From the NCBI GenBank assembly GCA_030390025.1, contig CM059449.1, positions 34,472,001 to 34,536,000 of the forward strand: a stretch of 64,000 nucleotides of DNA, given 5' to 3'. A program made the position numbers and the translations under genes. This document shows, piece after piece, positions 48,900-60,970 of this stretch. The notes under the pieces were generated by a model. It had not been told where the DNA came from, searched no databases, and saw only the letters and a list, made by a program, of their open reading frames with translations. Origin of the DNA: Squalus acanthias. Lineage: Eukaryota. The number at the start of each line of letters is the position of its first letter. Within the stretch, counting starts at the first letter, position 1.

Positions 48900-49560
48900 A
48901 TCGGACATGAAATTGCGTTGGAGGCATCCCGCGGGTGAATAACTCTGAACCTAAAGTAAAATCCATACTTACTTAATGGCCCCGGACCGACAAAGACTCG
49001 CACTTCTGGGCCTGCAGGGATTCGGCTGCATAAAGGCCCACATATCCCAGGGGTGCATGCGGGTCTCAAGCGTGCCTGGTATCACGTGGGCTGGCCCAAC
49101 CAATCAATATCTGGAAATTCTATTTACATTCCGAATCGCCATAAGCATAATAGGAATCACATAAAAGATACATTTTCACGCAACCTAAATAAAACTACAT
49201 CATCACGTTTAAAATTAATTGAAATACAATTAAACATTTGAAACAAAAAATACATTTTTAGAAAAATAAATTTAAACATTTTTAAAGGGGGCAAAATTAA
49301 CCTAAAATAACTTTAAAGGTTTTTGAATGTTTAAATAATTATAAAAAATTTATTTTAATATTTATTTAAACCCTTATGCTTGTAAAAGAAAACCTTACGC
49401 TTGCTTTTAATAGGCATTAGAATTCCGTCGGCATTTGCTGGGCAGTATTTGGGCAAATAGCCTCTGTGCCAGGGAATGTCCCTTTATTCCGGATTTGTAC
49501 GATCTGTCAGGCTGAAACTTGTCAGTTCTAAAATTTAGGGTTTTCACGCATGCGCATCGC
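48900..49560. mobile_element. Further diverged member of the ~700-bp non-autonomous element family
   Basis: Same GC-end/AT-core layout with gggatcacgtg-like, ccttacgc and gcatgcgca motifs. Confidence 0.6.
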
Positions 49561-50668
49561 TAACAGGTTGAAGGCAGTGTCCCGGAAAGCAGATTTTAAC
49601 ATGATGGAAATAACTTGCATTTATATAGCACCTTTCTCGAACCTGTGACAGAATTTAGGATGGATCCAGGAACCACTCCCCTTTTCAGGCCCCTCCCGGA
49701 CTGAAATTCCGCTTGAGATAAGCTCCAGCCCAGCAATTTTGGGCACTTAAAGTCTGCTTCAAAGGCAAGAGTGCCACCGACTGGGCCAAGATGGCCCTCT
49801 CGAGTAAGACTGGTGCCATTGTGCCACTTGGTTGCTGTGGTCCAAACTCGGAAACGTCTCTCTCCTGAAGCAAAGGAATCAGGGGGAAATACAAATGAAT
49901 GTTGGAGCTGGGAACTGAGTTTCAGCTGTTAGTGAGACACTCCCACCTCTGAATGTTAATGCACTGAAACTTACTTAAAAAAGGAGGCTGAACCATTGAG
50001 TAGTTTTATTGGTGTACACGAGTCAGTTTCTTAGTAAATTAGTTAATTTTTTAACTGTAGAAACTTTTTTAACCTGCCGACTGGGGCCTGAGCGTCTGAG
50101 AAAAGCTCAATTCGACGATTCTCCTCGAACGGACGCAATGGTCGGAAACTCGCCGTGCTCATTATTTCCATCTGGGGGCGTGTCCAGCTTTGTGGGCGGG
50201 GCCGGCTTCGGGAAAAATGACTTCCAAGCCAGCGTTAAAGATCGTGGAAATTTGGTTTACGCTGACGTAACTCACACTTGATTATCCACGAGCTTTTGCA
50301 CTGGTTCAGCTAAGTTCCCCAGGATTGCACTGATAAAACAAGCAGAAACTGTACTCCTTTAAAATCAACTTAGTGGCTCTTTTAGCTAATAAGAAATTTC
50401 AGGCATAACTCTTGGATTTATAAACAAAAGAGTGATTTATTACATAGCAGAAAATACCGCATTAGAATTAAATAATATCCAAAATTGATGCAGGATTTAG
50501 AATTGTTTTAACAACAATAAGAACTCCCGAAATGGGTTCCCTTATCTGAAAACAAAGGCCTGACCCAGAATAAGATCTTAATGAAAGTTTTACCTCCACA
50601 CATTGTTGGCTCAGGCGTGCGGAGGCCCTCAAAATATCTCGCTGCCCCCTGGTTGTGGTGTAGCACCT

Positions 50669-51135
50669 GGTCTGGAGACAGGTTATGGAGATCTTCAGCT
50701 CGTCTGTGGCGAGGTTATGTAGATCTTTAGCTGTTCTGGAACCAGGTTGTAGAGATCTTCAGCTGGTCTGCGGCCAGGTTACCGTAGATTTTCAGCTGTT
50801 CTGGAGCCAGGTTATGAAGATCTTCAACTGTTCTGGAGCCAGGTTATGGAGATCTTCAGCTGGTCTGGAGCCAGGTTATGGAGATCTTCAGCTGGTCTGG
50901 AGCCAGGTTATGGAGATCTTCAGCTGGTCTGGAGCCAGGTTATGGAAATCTTCAGCTGGTCTGGAGCCAGGTTATGGAGATCTGCAGCTGTTCTGGAGCC
51001 AGGTTATGGAGATCTTCAACTGTTCTGGTGCTAGGTTATAGAGATCTTCAACTTGTCTGGAGCTAGCTTTTGTCGATCTTCAGCTTGTCTGTGGCCATGT
51101 TATGTAGATTTTCAGCTGTTCTGGAGCCAGAATAT
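50669..51135. repeat. 32-bp minisatellite, ~14-15 copies
   Basis: Unit GGTCTGGAGCCAGGTTATGGAGATCTTCAGCT; homogeneous centre and diverged edges; no spacers. Confidence 0.95.
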
Positions 51136-52189
51136 GCAAGTTTCTATCGTGCGCTTTTCTTCTCTTATTACAACCACGATGTGTAACTCAGCGACCCGTT
51201 GTTGCTTGAGCCTATCCGGCACCAAATTTGCCCATTTATATAAAACTGCTGTAAATTTTATGTATTTATACTCTTCTAGCCCCTGTGTGCGTGCGAACAG
51301 TGCAATGTGACTCCGGGATCCCGCTACTCCGGTTTACAGATGGTGACCAGAACTTCTGGAATTTGTAACACGGACCCCGGATTCATAATGAGCAGCAGGG
51401 CCTCTCACGGTGGAATGACCAGGAGTGAAGAGTTCCAGATTGGACAGGTGGTGCGAGCGGCCAGGAGCTCACGTTGGAACCTCATCAACCTGCACAGTAA
51501 CACACGTCCCAGTCCGTGATCACAGCCCAAGAGCTCAGCGCAAGGAACACTTACAATTCTCCAGCCCAACACTCTAACCCCACCATTCATTGCCAGGCCC
51601 CTTTCCCAGTGCTGTTTCCTGCTGTGAGATGTGCAATGGACACATTTTCTCCGTACTCTGACACATCAGTTTAGCAACCTATGTTTCGAAATGAAGCGGA
51701 TTAAGAGGAGGAACATTTTTATCCTGATCGCACAATCCAGGATACAACAAAGGAGAGTTTTTCCGTGAATGTGCCAGTGAAACTGTAGAGATTGTACATA
51801 TCATCAGCATTGTGAAAGGTTACCTGCCCTCCCTCTTATTCCAAGTAAAATGCGATAGTCCTGGGATTCACACTCGGGGTCAGTAGCACTAATTGGCTTT
51901 CAGCAGCTCTATATTCATTCCCATTTATTGGATGCGCAATCCTGTATCGCAGTTCAGGCCCAATGTTTAACTCTCCTTTCCTGTTGGATGACGCTCTGCC
52001 ACACCCAAAGTTCACCCAGTCTTAACCCTGAACTCCACCGACCAGTATTATTTCCCTGATCTGAATCCCTGTGACCCCTGGACACAGACAGCAGCATTGA
52101 ATCCTTCCAGGTTATCAGGAAGCTGTAATTCTCTCTCACCGAGTCTCACATTGGTCCGGTCCTCATCTCTACCCAAACCGCTTCTATAT

Positions 52190-54515
52190 CCTAATTTCCT
52201 GAACTTAGGCCATCCCTCTCTATTGTGCTAATACCATCATTAATTAACAGAGCCAGCCCTCCACCTTTTCCTAGCTTCCTGTCCTTCCTAAAAGTCATGT
52301 ACCCTTCAATATTCAGGTCCCAATCTAAGTCATCCAGCAGCCATGTTTCTCTAATGGCTATCAGATGGTTCTTATTTATTTCTATTTCTATTTCCACTAT
52401 CAGTTCAGCTGTTTTGTTTTGAATGCTACGTGCATTCAGATGCAGAGCCTTTATTTTTGTCCTTTTATTATTTTTGTAACCTCCGCTCTTATCTGTTGAT
52501 TTCCTCTTCGATTTGTACTCTCTATCCCTTCCTGTCACGGTCTGTTTATCATTTTGCATATTAATACCTTTCTCTCTTGCCTTCTCCCTGCACATTGATT
52601 TACCACATCTTCCCAAATTTGATCCCTTTCCCCCACTATTTAATTGATACCCCCCCCCCCCTCTACCACCCTAGCTATATGATTCGCCAGAGCACTGGTC
52701 CCAGCATGGTTCAGGTAAAGACCGTCCCAACGATAGAGATCCCACTTTCCCCAGTACTGGTGCCTGTGCCCCAGCAATCGAAACCCATTTCTCCCACACC
52801 AGTCTTTGAGCCACGCATTCATCTCACTAATTTTATTTACCCTATGCCAATTTGCTCGTGGCTCAGTTAATAATGAAGACAATATTAGCCTTGAGGTTCT
52901 GCTTTTTAATTTAGCCCCTAGCTGCACATACACTCTCAGCAGAACCTCTTTCCTAGTTCTACCTATGTCGTTGGTACCTACGTGGACCACGACCACTGGC
53001 TCCTCCCCCTCCCACTGCAATTCCTCTCCAGTCCAGAGCAGATTTCCAGAACCCTGGCACTGGGCAGGCCACTTAGCCGTCTGGACTCTCGCTCTTGGCG
53101 ACAGAGAACTGTATCAATCCCCCTGACTATGCTGTCCCCTATTACCACTACATTCCTATTTACACCCCCCGCTTGAATGGCTTCCTGTATCAAGGTGTCA
53201 TGGTCAGTTTGCTCATCCACCCTGCAGCCACCGCTTTCATCCATACAGGCCGCAAGAACTTCAAACCTGTTGGCCAATTGCAAAGGCTGAGGCTCCTCCA
53301 CCTCCTGGGTCCCCATACCTGCCTCACTCGCAGTCACATCCTCCTGTCCCTGACCACTGACCAAATCAGAAGACCCTATCCTAAGGGGTGTGACTGCCTC
53401 CTGGAATATAGTGTCCAGGTAACTTTCCCCCTCCCGTTGCATCGCAGAGTCTGCAGCTCGGCCTCCAGCTCATCAACTCTGAGCCGAAGCTCCTCAAGCC
53501 GCAGACACTTACCACAGACGTGTTCGTCCTGGATCACACTGGCGTCCAGGAGCTCCCACATCCTGCAGTCGCAACACATCACCTGCCCTGTCATCCTTAT
53601 TGTGTCTTAATTTATTTATTTGTATTAATTATTAATACATCCTACTACACCCAATAAGATATATTACTGCTAGTAAACTTTATTAATACTAATGAAACTT
53701 TACAATTACTAATACATGTTCTGGGCTTTAAAAGATTAGATAAGTGAGCAAAATACTCACCAACCAATCACTGACCCTTTTCCCTGTGATGTCACCTTCT
53801 ATTTTTCTCCGAATGCGTTTGGGGGGTTTCACAGAGCCGAATTCCCGCTGGTTCTCTATTCTCTCCCTTGCAGCTTTTTAACTCCTGCTCTCCTGGAGGC
53901 TGACAAAGATAGAAAAAGAAGAAAGGAGCACCTCCCTCCCCTCGTCGCCGAACTCCATTAATCCCCAAACTCATCGGTTTACATACTGTTCCATACTGCA
54001 CTCTAGCCTCCCTTATTTATACTGCTGAGATTTAGAGGAGTAACCTCTCTGGCAGTTACAGAACCAGATTAGACCAGTTAATTAATTATCTGATCTCACC
54101 TGCTTTCCAGCACAGATCTTGCTTAATCCTGCCCAAGCCGGGAAGAAACTTAAAACTTGAAACAGTAAATCTAATTTAAATGCTAATTGCAAGCACGCAA
54201 GACTAGATTTTATTTAAAAAAAAAGAGATTAACCCTTAAGATTCACTCCCTCACTCACCAAACTCTCAGGTTTACACTCTGTTCCAAGCTGCACTCTGGG
54301 ACAAACTGCACTCTGGTCTCCTTTATTTCTACTCCTGAGATTTAGATGAGTGAGCACTCTGGTAGTTACAGAACCAGATTAGACCAGTTAATTAATTTAC
54401 TAATCTCACCTGCTCTCCAGCACAGAGCTTGCTTAGCCCTGCCCAAGCCTTGTAGAAACTTGAAACTGTAAATTTACGTTAAATGCTAATAGCAAGCACG
54501 CAAGACTAGATTTTA
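52190..54515 (-). mobile_element. 5' portion of a CR1 LINE: 5' UTR with tandem monomers, ORF1 (zinc finger, coiled coil, esterase) and start of the endonuclease
   Basis: 53376-53594 CCDCRMWE...HVCGKC; 52978-53442 GDSIVRG; 52640-53020 VHVGTND, DGLYLN; 52191-52616 LNARSI, ETWL. Confidence 0.92.
53964..54515. repeat. Tandem duplication of a ~255-bp unit (53964-54215 and 54258-54515)
   Basis: Shared blocks agttacagaaccagattagaccagttaattaatt and gcaagcacgcaagactagattttat. Confidence 0.9.
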
Positions 54516-54517
54516 TA

Positions 54518-55880
54518 AATAGGAGCAGGAGTCTGCCATTCGGACCTTCAAACCTGTTCCGCCATTCAATAAGATCATGGCTGATCTGATCTTGGCCTCA
54601 ACTCCACTTTCCTGCCCGCTCCACATAACCCTTGATTACCCTGATTTTCAAAAATCTGTCTATCTCCGCAATGAATATAGTCAATGACTCAGCCTCCACT
54701 GCTGTCTGGGGTAGAGAATTCCAAAGACTCACGACCCTCCGAGAGAAGACATTCCTCCTCATCTCCGTTTGAAATGGGCGACCCTTTATTCTGAAACCAA
54801 GACTGCTAGTTCTAGATTCCCCCACGAGGGGGAAACATCCTCCATGCATCTACCCTGTCAAGAACCCTAAGGATCTTATATGTTTCAATAAGATCACCTC
54901 TCATTCTTCTAAACTTCAATGAGTATAGGCCCAACCTGCTCAACTTTTCCTCTAAGACAACCCCTTCAACTCAGGAATCAACCTAGTGAAACTTCTCCGA
55001 ACTGCTTCCAATGCAAATATATCCTTCCTTAAATCAGGAGACCAAAACAGTACGCAGTACTCCAGATGTGGTCTCACTACCGCCCTGTACAGTTGTAACA
55101 AGACTTCTCTACTTTTATACTCCATCCCCCTTGCAATAAACGCCAATGTTCCATTTGCCTTCCGAATTTCTTGCTGTACCTGCATGCTAACGTTTTGTAT
55201 TTCATGTACGAGGACACCCAGATCCCTCTGTACCGCAGCATTATGTAGTCTCTCTCCATTTAAATAATATTTTGCTCTTTTATTCTTCCGATCAAAGTGG
55301 ATAACCTCACATTTTTCCACATTATAGTCCATCTGCAAAATTTGTGCCCAATCACTTAACCTATTTATATCCCTTTGCAGACTCTTTGTGTACTCCTTAC
55401 AAGTTTCTTTCCTATCTCGCTTTGTATCGTCAGCAAATTTGACAAGAGTACACTCGGTCCCTTCATCCAAGTCATTAATATAGATTGTAAATAGTTGAGG
55501 CCCCAACAGTGATCCCTGTGGCACCCCACTAGTTACAGTTTGCCAACCTGAAAATGACACATTTATTCCGACTCTCTGTTTTCTGTCAGTTAACCAATCC
55601 TCTATCCAGTCTAATATATTACCCCTAACACCGTGAGCTCTTATCTTGTGCAGTAAGCTTTTATGCGGCACCTTATCGAATGCCTTCTGGAAATCCTATT
55701 ACACTACATCTACTGGTTCCCCTTTATCCACCCTGCTCGTTACATCCTCAAAGAACTCTAGTAAATTTGTCAAAAACGTTTTCCCTTGCATAAAACCATG
55801 TTGACTCTGCTTGATTGTATTTGGATTTTCTAAATGTCCTGACATTACTTTCTTAATAATGGACTCCAGCATTTTCCCAT
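54518..55880 (-). mobile_element. CR1 LINE RT and 3' end
   Basis: ORFs 55699-55914, 54952-55671 (GVPQGSLLGP, FADDTK) and 54598-54849. Confidence 0.95.
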
Positions 55881-56390
55881 ATCTGATATCTGTGTTATTG
55901 GGCTTGGCAACCAATCCATAATTTCTGTATCAGTAAATAGTGCAGACTGGATATAAAGTACAGTTAGATATATTCCTGGACTCAGGTATGTACAGTAAAC
56001 AGGTATTACAGATTTGTTAAAGTTTGCAGTTATATATATTCCTGGACTCTAGTGTGTACAGTGAACAGATATTACAGGGGTCGCAGTCTGATCGCTGTCC
56101 AGTGAGTCCTGGGTCAGAGAGGAACACAACCAGCCAGGGGTCCCAGTCTGATCACTGCCCAGTGAACCCTACTTGAATTGCGAGTGTCTGGATGTCAAAT
56201 AAAATGATGTTCTGATGACCTCATGCTTGAATCGCTCAATCTGAGGCCCCACATAAAGAATGGCCCCTTGAGTGAGGCCCCAGAGCTGCTGCCCCAGTGA
56301 TCTGTACCCAGCAACAGGCAGCACCTTCAGGAGAGGGGGAAGAGAGCAGGACACTACAGAAAGTGGACACAAAGCTGTGGAGTTTCATAC

Positions 56391-58216
56391 CTGAAGAGAT
56401 GATCTGTTTAATTTCTTTCCACACTGTGTAGAGTAACGGGCCTGGAAACACTGTGTATTTCAGACTTGCAGACACCAGGATCTCTCCATCCTCAGCTCTC
56501 TCTGCCCCTTCACCTTTCTCACCTTTCTCTCAATCTTTTCAGTTCTTGCAGGACAGATAATCAGAAACATTTTAATAAATATACGGAACTGTTTAGATTG
56601 AGTTTTAATGAAGTGTAATCAATGCTTTTAGTAAAATGTGAAGGGATCTGGGTGGAGTTTTCACTGACAGGCTCCAGTGATGCGATACCACGTCAGCTAC
56701 CCCCTAATACAATCTATAGGGTTTCCTCTGCTGCTGAAGACTGTGAAGGTTCACTGATCAGTTCCTTTTATTTCTGGTCTGTATTTCCCAGTAATTCAGA
56801 GCTTGTCTCTGGTCTGTGCTGATCTGAGCTGGGAGGAGTGGTGTTACACCTAAACTCAGCATCCTCTCGATATGGAGACAACGACCTATGTACCAGCTCC
56901 TGGACACTTCCAGGCATCTCTGTGGCAACATTAACCTCTGTACACATCAGACGAGAAGAGGATTAGGCTTATTGTGATGCCCAGACATTCAAATAGCTCC
57001 CTATGGCTCACTGTTTGAGCAGAGCATTGGTTGCACACATGGGACTGCACCCCTACAAGTCACTGTTCTCAGAGCTAGCACCCATGGTACTGTAGCCTCA
57101 AATGTCACCAGCCTGATACTAATTTAAGGACAGGAGGGAAGGGGAGAAAACTGAGAGGCGACAAACTTGAACCTGAGCAAAGACTTTTGAACCTAGAGGA
57201 GATATTCGGATGGTGAGTCGATTGATGATATATTGCTAGATGCTAGTATGCACTGGTTGGCTTGCAATAACAGTGTAAGGGTTAGAGTGATAGGACAAGG
57301 ACAAGATCAATATCTCTCACTCAATTAGTCTCTCAGAACCAGGTGCCGGTAAACACAGAGGGATCTCAAGCAGCAATGGTCTGTAACCCTGGTAACATCT
57401 GTAAGCACAGCTCTGAGTTATTCTGCCGACAGCACATCACAGTCAAACTCGGGGTAACCAAAGTCTGTGCACCTCTATTTAAAGATATTGGTTGAGTTGT
57501 CAGTGTCAGTGAAGTGTTTAGTTTCAGCGAAGAATGGAGTGTACTCTCAGCTCTTTACTAACATTGATAACATGAAGGGGACCAGCAAGAGGTGTAAAAA
57601 GTTGTCTTCACTCTCGATCAAGTGAAACTGCGGCCAATGTGAGGTCCTAACAGTGTGGGACAGTCTGCTCGACACTCAGAGCTCAATCCTGACTGATCCC
57701 TGTTTGTCCTCAGTTATACTGCACATTGTGCATTGTTGTGATGGGGTTTGAGCCCTATTATAAAGGGCTGTTTACACTTACACCAACAGCTTGGGGATTG
57801 GGTTATAAAGGGTCACCTTGAGAAAAGAGATACTGTCTTGCTGCTCGATGTCTACACAAAGGTTCGGTATGTTCTCCTCAAGTGACGTCAGTTCCTCTTC
57901 AATTCTTTCCAAGTTCCTTTCCATTGGTGGCAGACATTCCTCCTTTTGTCTCTTCAGCTTGTCGATTAAATGTTTCTCTTTGTCTTCAAGATATCAATGG
58001 CTTTTGGCAATTTGTGCGGCAATGTCTTGCTCCAGGGAAGCTGTGAGCTCCTAAGATGGTGAGAGATTAATGGGTTGTTAAAGGGTGGCAGTGCTTAAAG
58101 GTAACAGTAGTAATAATCACATCCAGTTCTGAAATCTTCCCCTCCTGCTGCCGTTTTAATTCACTGTTACTTTTCTTTTACTCCTCCATGGAATCCAAGG
58201 CCGATTTCACCTGGTC
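56391..58216 (-). pseudogene. TRIM (RING-B-box-coiled-coil-B30.2 type) pseudogene, central exons only
   Basis: 96-nt exon 58121-58216 (DQVKSALDSMEE*KK..., acceptor CG); 234-nt exon 57817-58050 (ELTASLEQDI...H*YLE...DSISFLK); 23-nt exon 56523-56545 (ELKRLRE); linker exon to 56391 (FPGPLLYTVWKEIKQII). The 96/231-234/23 exon-size pattern is typical of class IV TRIM genes. In-frame stops present. Confidence 0.85.
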
Positions 58217-59057
58217 CGAAAAATTGATCTCCCCATAACCCATTGCAATGCCTGCTGTTTATTCTCAAACTGTAATGACAGCTTTTCAGGCCTTTAACCA
58301 GACACTAGTGTTTATATTGTGTTTTACATTACTTATGTTGGTTCCGCAATCATTGAAAACTCCTAGAGAAACAGTTCCTGTGGGAATTCCAGTGTCCAAT
58401 GTGCAAACTTGCTGCCGGGACTCTGAGCATGCCACTTAGTGGTCCTATAGTAGGACTTCCAACTTTGTTCTAAACGGTGACCTGACACGGCTTTATGTTA
58501 AAGCAGCACATGGTGCTGATTATCTTATTCCCCGCAATTCACTCAAAATGCTTTCTGAAAAAATGTTGAGCTGCAATTTTACCCTCAGTAACTAAAATTT
58601 CTAATTTCCAAAATTAGGTTTTATGGAAACTGAAAATAAAATATAATTCACAAAAACATAAATATATGTATCCTATGTGTCTTCAAATGCCTTCATTAAA
58701 GTTTTCATTTGAAGGCCGCAGCCTCTCTCAAAAGCCTATTCTTGGATTTTATATTTTTGCCTGATTTCACAGCGAGCATCAATACCGTTCAATCAGGTAA
58801 ATGGATGGAATATTTTTTGTAATTCTAGCCATTTCTACTAAGCTGTGTTTGATTTTTCAAAATGATATGAAGAATAGCGAGAGGGCACATTTCAAAAGCT
58901 TTAAGCTGAAGCTTATATTGAGTAGAAGAGAGAGAGAGAGAGAGAACTACAGAGAGAATCCCTGAGATTCCTGAGCACTAGAGGGAAATTGCTGTCTTCC
59001 ATAGGGTGAGGGGACACTGGGAATATCGGGAATGGTGTGAGAAGCCGCCAGGAATAT

Positions 59058-59411
59058 GATTCCCATATAGTTATTCAACTTAAATATTGTAATAAAACTG
59101 ATTATCATATAGTTATGAAAAGTAAATATTATAATGAAACTGATTCCCATATAGTTATTTAATTTAAATATTATAATGACACTGATTTCCAAATAGTTAA
59201 TTCATGTAAATATTTTACATTATATAAAAATAGGGAATAAAGTTCATTACAGTATTTAAATTAAATAAATATAAGGAATCAATTTCATTGTACTATTTAA
59301 TTTAAATAACTAAATGGGAATCAGTTTCATTACACAATGTACATTAAATAACTAAATGGGATTCAGTTTCATTACAATATTTAAGTTAAATATCTATGAA
59401 GAATCAGTTTC
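59058..59411. repeat. AT-rich foldback: 42-bp tandem units arranged as an inverted array
   Basis: Unit gattcccatatagttatttaatttaaatattataatgaaact occurs ~3.5 times forward, then ~4.5 times reversed. Centre ATGTAAA-TAT-TTTACAT at 59204-59220. Confidence 0.85.
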
Positions 59412-60356
59412 ACCAATTTGTGGTCCTGATGATGGTGAACTGCCAGCGTTCGCCATCTTTCTGCCTTTGAAATTGACCGCAAATTCGAGATTTTTTCATG
59501 TGAAAATCCTGAAATTGTGGTTTGTATTTCACTCCTCCGCCATAGGCCTGGGGGAATTATAACTTTAAAATGGAGGACAATGAATAAGTGGACAATTCTA
59601 AAAAACGTCCGATTTTCTCTTTCATTGAAGACAATGATAGAGAAATCAGCTGCTACGCATAATTGGAACTCAATTCTAGACCATCCATTTAACACTAACG
59701 TCCAATGTTAACTTAGCTCTTACTCCGGGAAAAGCCCATGATTCAGCAACTGTTACTTCTTATTCCCACATTCTTGCATCATAGTGGCAATGATAAAATA
59801 ATTAATAAGATCCAATGGAGTGATTGTACCAGCTGAGCATCTGTTCCCATTCAAAATTGGTAAAAACAAATACGTCATTAATTGTAATCTATCCCTCCCA
59901 GAGGCGAACTGAGGCGAAAGGATCTGCCGGCCATTCACACCCCATGTAAGTAAAATTGAGTGTGGTGTAAAACTGGTGGTCGATCGATCCATCAGTTTAC
60001 AGCCTGGCGGGTTGTGTATATTACATACAACATACAGCAGAGAAACACGCCATCCAGCCCAACTAATCTGTGCTGGTGTTTGTACTCCACATGAGTTGTT
60101 CCCATTCTATCTATCTCATCTCAGTATTTCAGCATATTCCTTTTTCTCCCATGCAATCTTCTAGTTTCCTTTTGAAAGCATCATAGGTACTTGCCTCAAC
60201 CACTTCCTGTGGTAGCGAGTTCCACATTATAAGATCATCACGTTCTCCAAATAAAAGGTGTTGCTATGGGAGCCCACATGGGTCCTAGCTATAATAAAAA
60301 CAGAAACTGCTGCAAATACTCATCAGATCAGACAACATCTGTAGAGAGAGAAACAG

Positions 60357-60393
60357 TGTTAACGTTTCAGGTCGATGACCCTTCGTCAGAACT
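60357..60393 (-). ncRNA. Minimal type-I hammerhead ribozyme motif, pLTR copy 1
   Basis: GUU-CUGACGA-A-GGGUC-AUC-GACCU-GAAA-CGUU-AAC. Confidence 0.75.
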
Positions 60394-60630
60394 GGAAAAA
60401 GTTAGAGATGTAATCATTTTTTAAGGAAGTGTAGGGGCAGGGAAAGTGGGAAGTGAAGTAACGAACAAAAGGGAAGGTCTGTGATAGGATGGAAGGCAGG
60501 AGGGATTAAAAGCCAAATGGGACCTAGCTATTACAAAAAGAAAATACTGCAGATGCTGGAAATCTGAAATAAAAACAGAAAATGCTGGAGACAGTCAGCA
60601 GGTCAGGCAGCATCTTGAAGAGAGAAACAG

Positions 60631-60667
60631 AGTTAACGTTTCAGGTCGATGACCTTTCGTCAGAACT
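60631..60667 (-). ncRNA. Minimal type-I hammerhead ribozyme motif, pLTR copy 2
   Basis: AGUU-CUGACGA-A-AGGUC-AUC-GACCU-GAAA-CGUU-AACU: 5-bp stem II, palindromic ACGU, 4-bp stem I. Confidence 0.8.
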
Positions 60668-60926
60668 GGAAAAAAGTAGGAAATGGAACAGATTTAGCGG
60701 CTGGGAAATGGGGGAGGGGATGAAAGAACAAAAGGGAAGGTCTGTGATAGGATAAAAGGCAGGAGAATTAAAGAGACATTAGGAGATATTCAAGGCAAAA
60801 TGAGATGGTAATGGGACAGGTTAAGAAACAAAGGATGGCTCCAGATGAAGTGTGAGTTGCGCTGGCAGAATGAAAGACAGCTGTCATGTGGGAGAGAAGA
60901 ACAAAAGGCACGAACAAAAAGTGTGG

Positions 60927-60970
<44 letters not shown>

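Noticed and set aside
50669-51135. CRISPR-like array
   Set aside because: Units are contiguous with no unique spacers, there are no cas genes, and the context is vertebrate. It is a minisatellite.
56995-57200. Possible ancient LF-SINE-like fragment
   Set aside because: Similarity too weak to support by eye.
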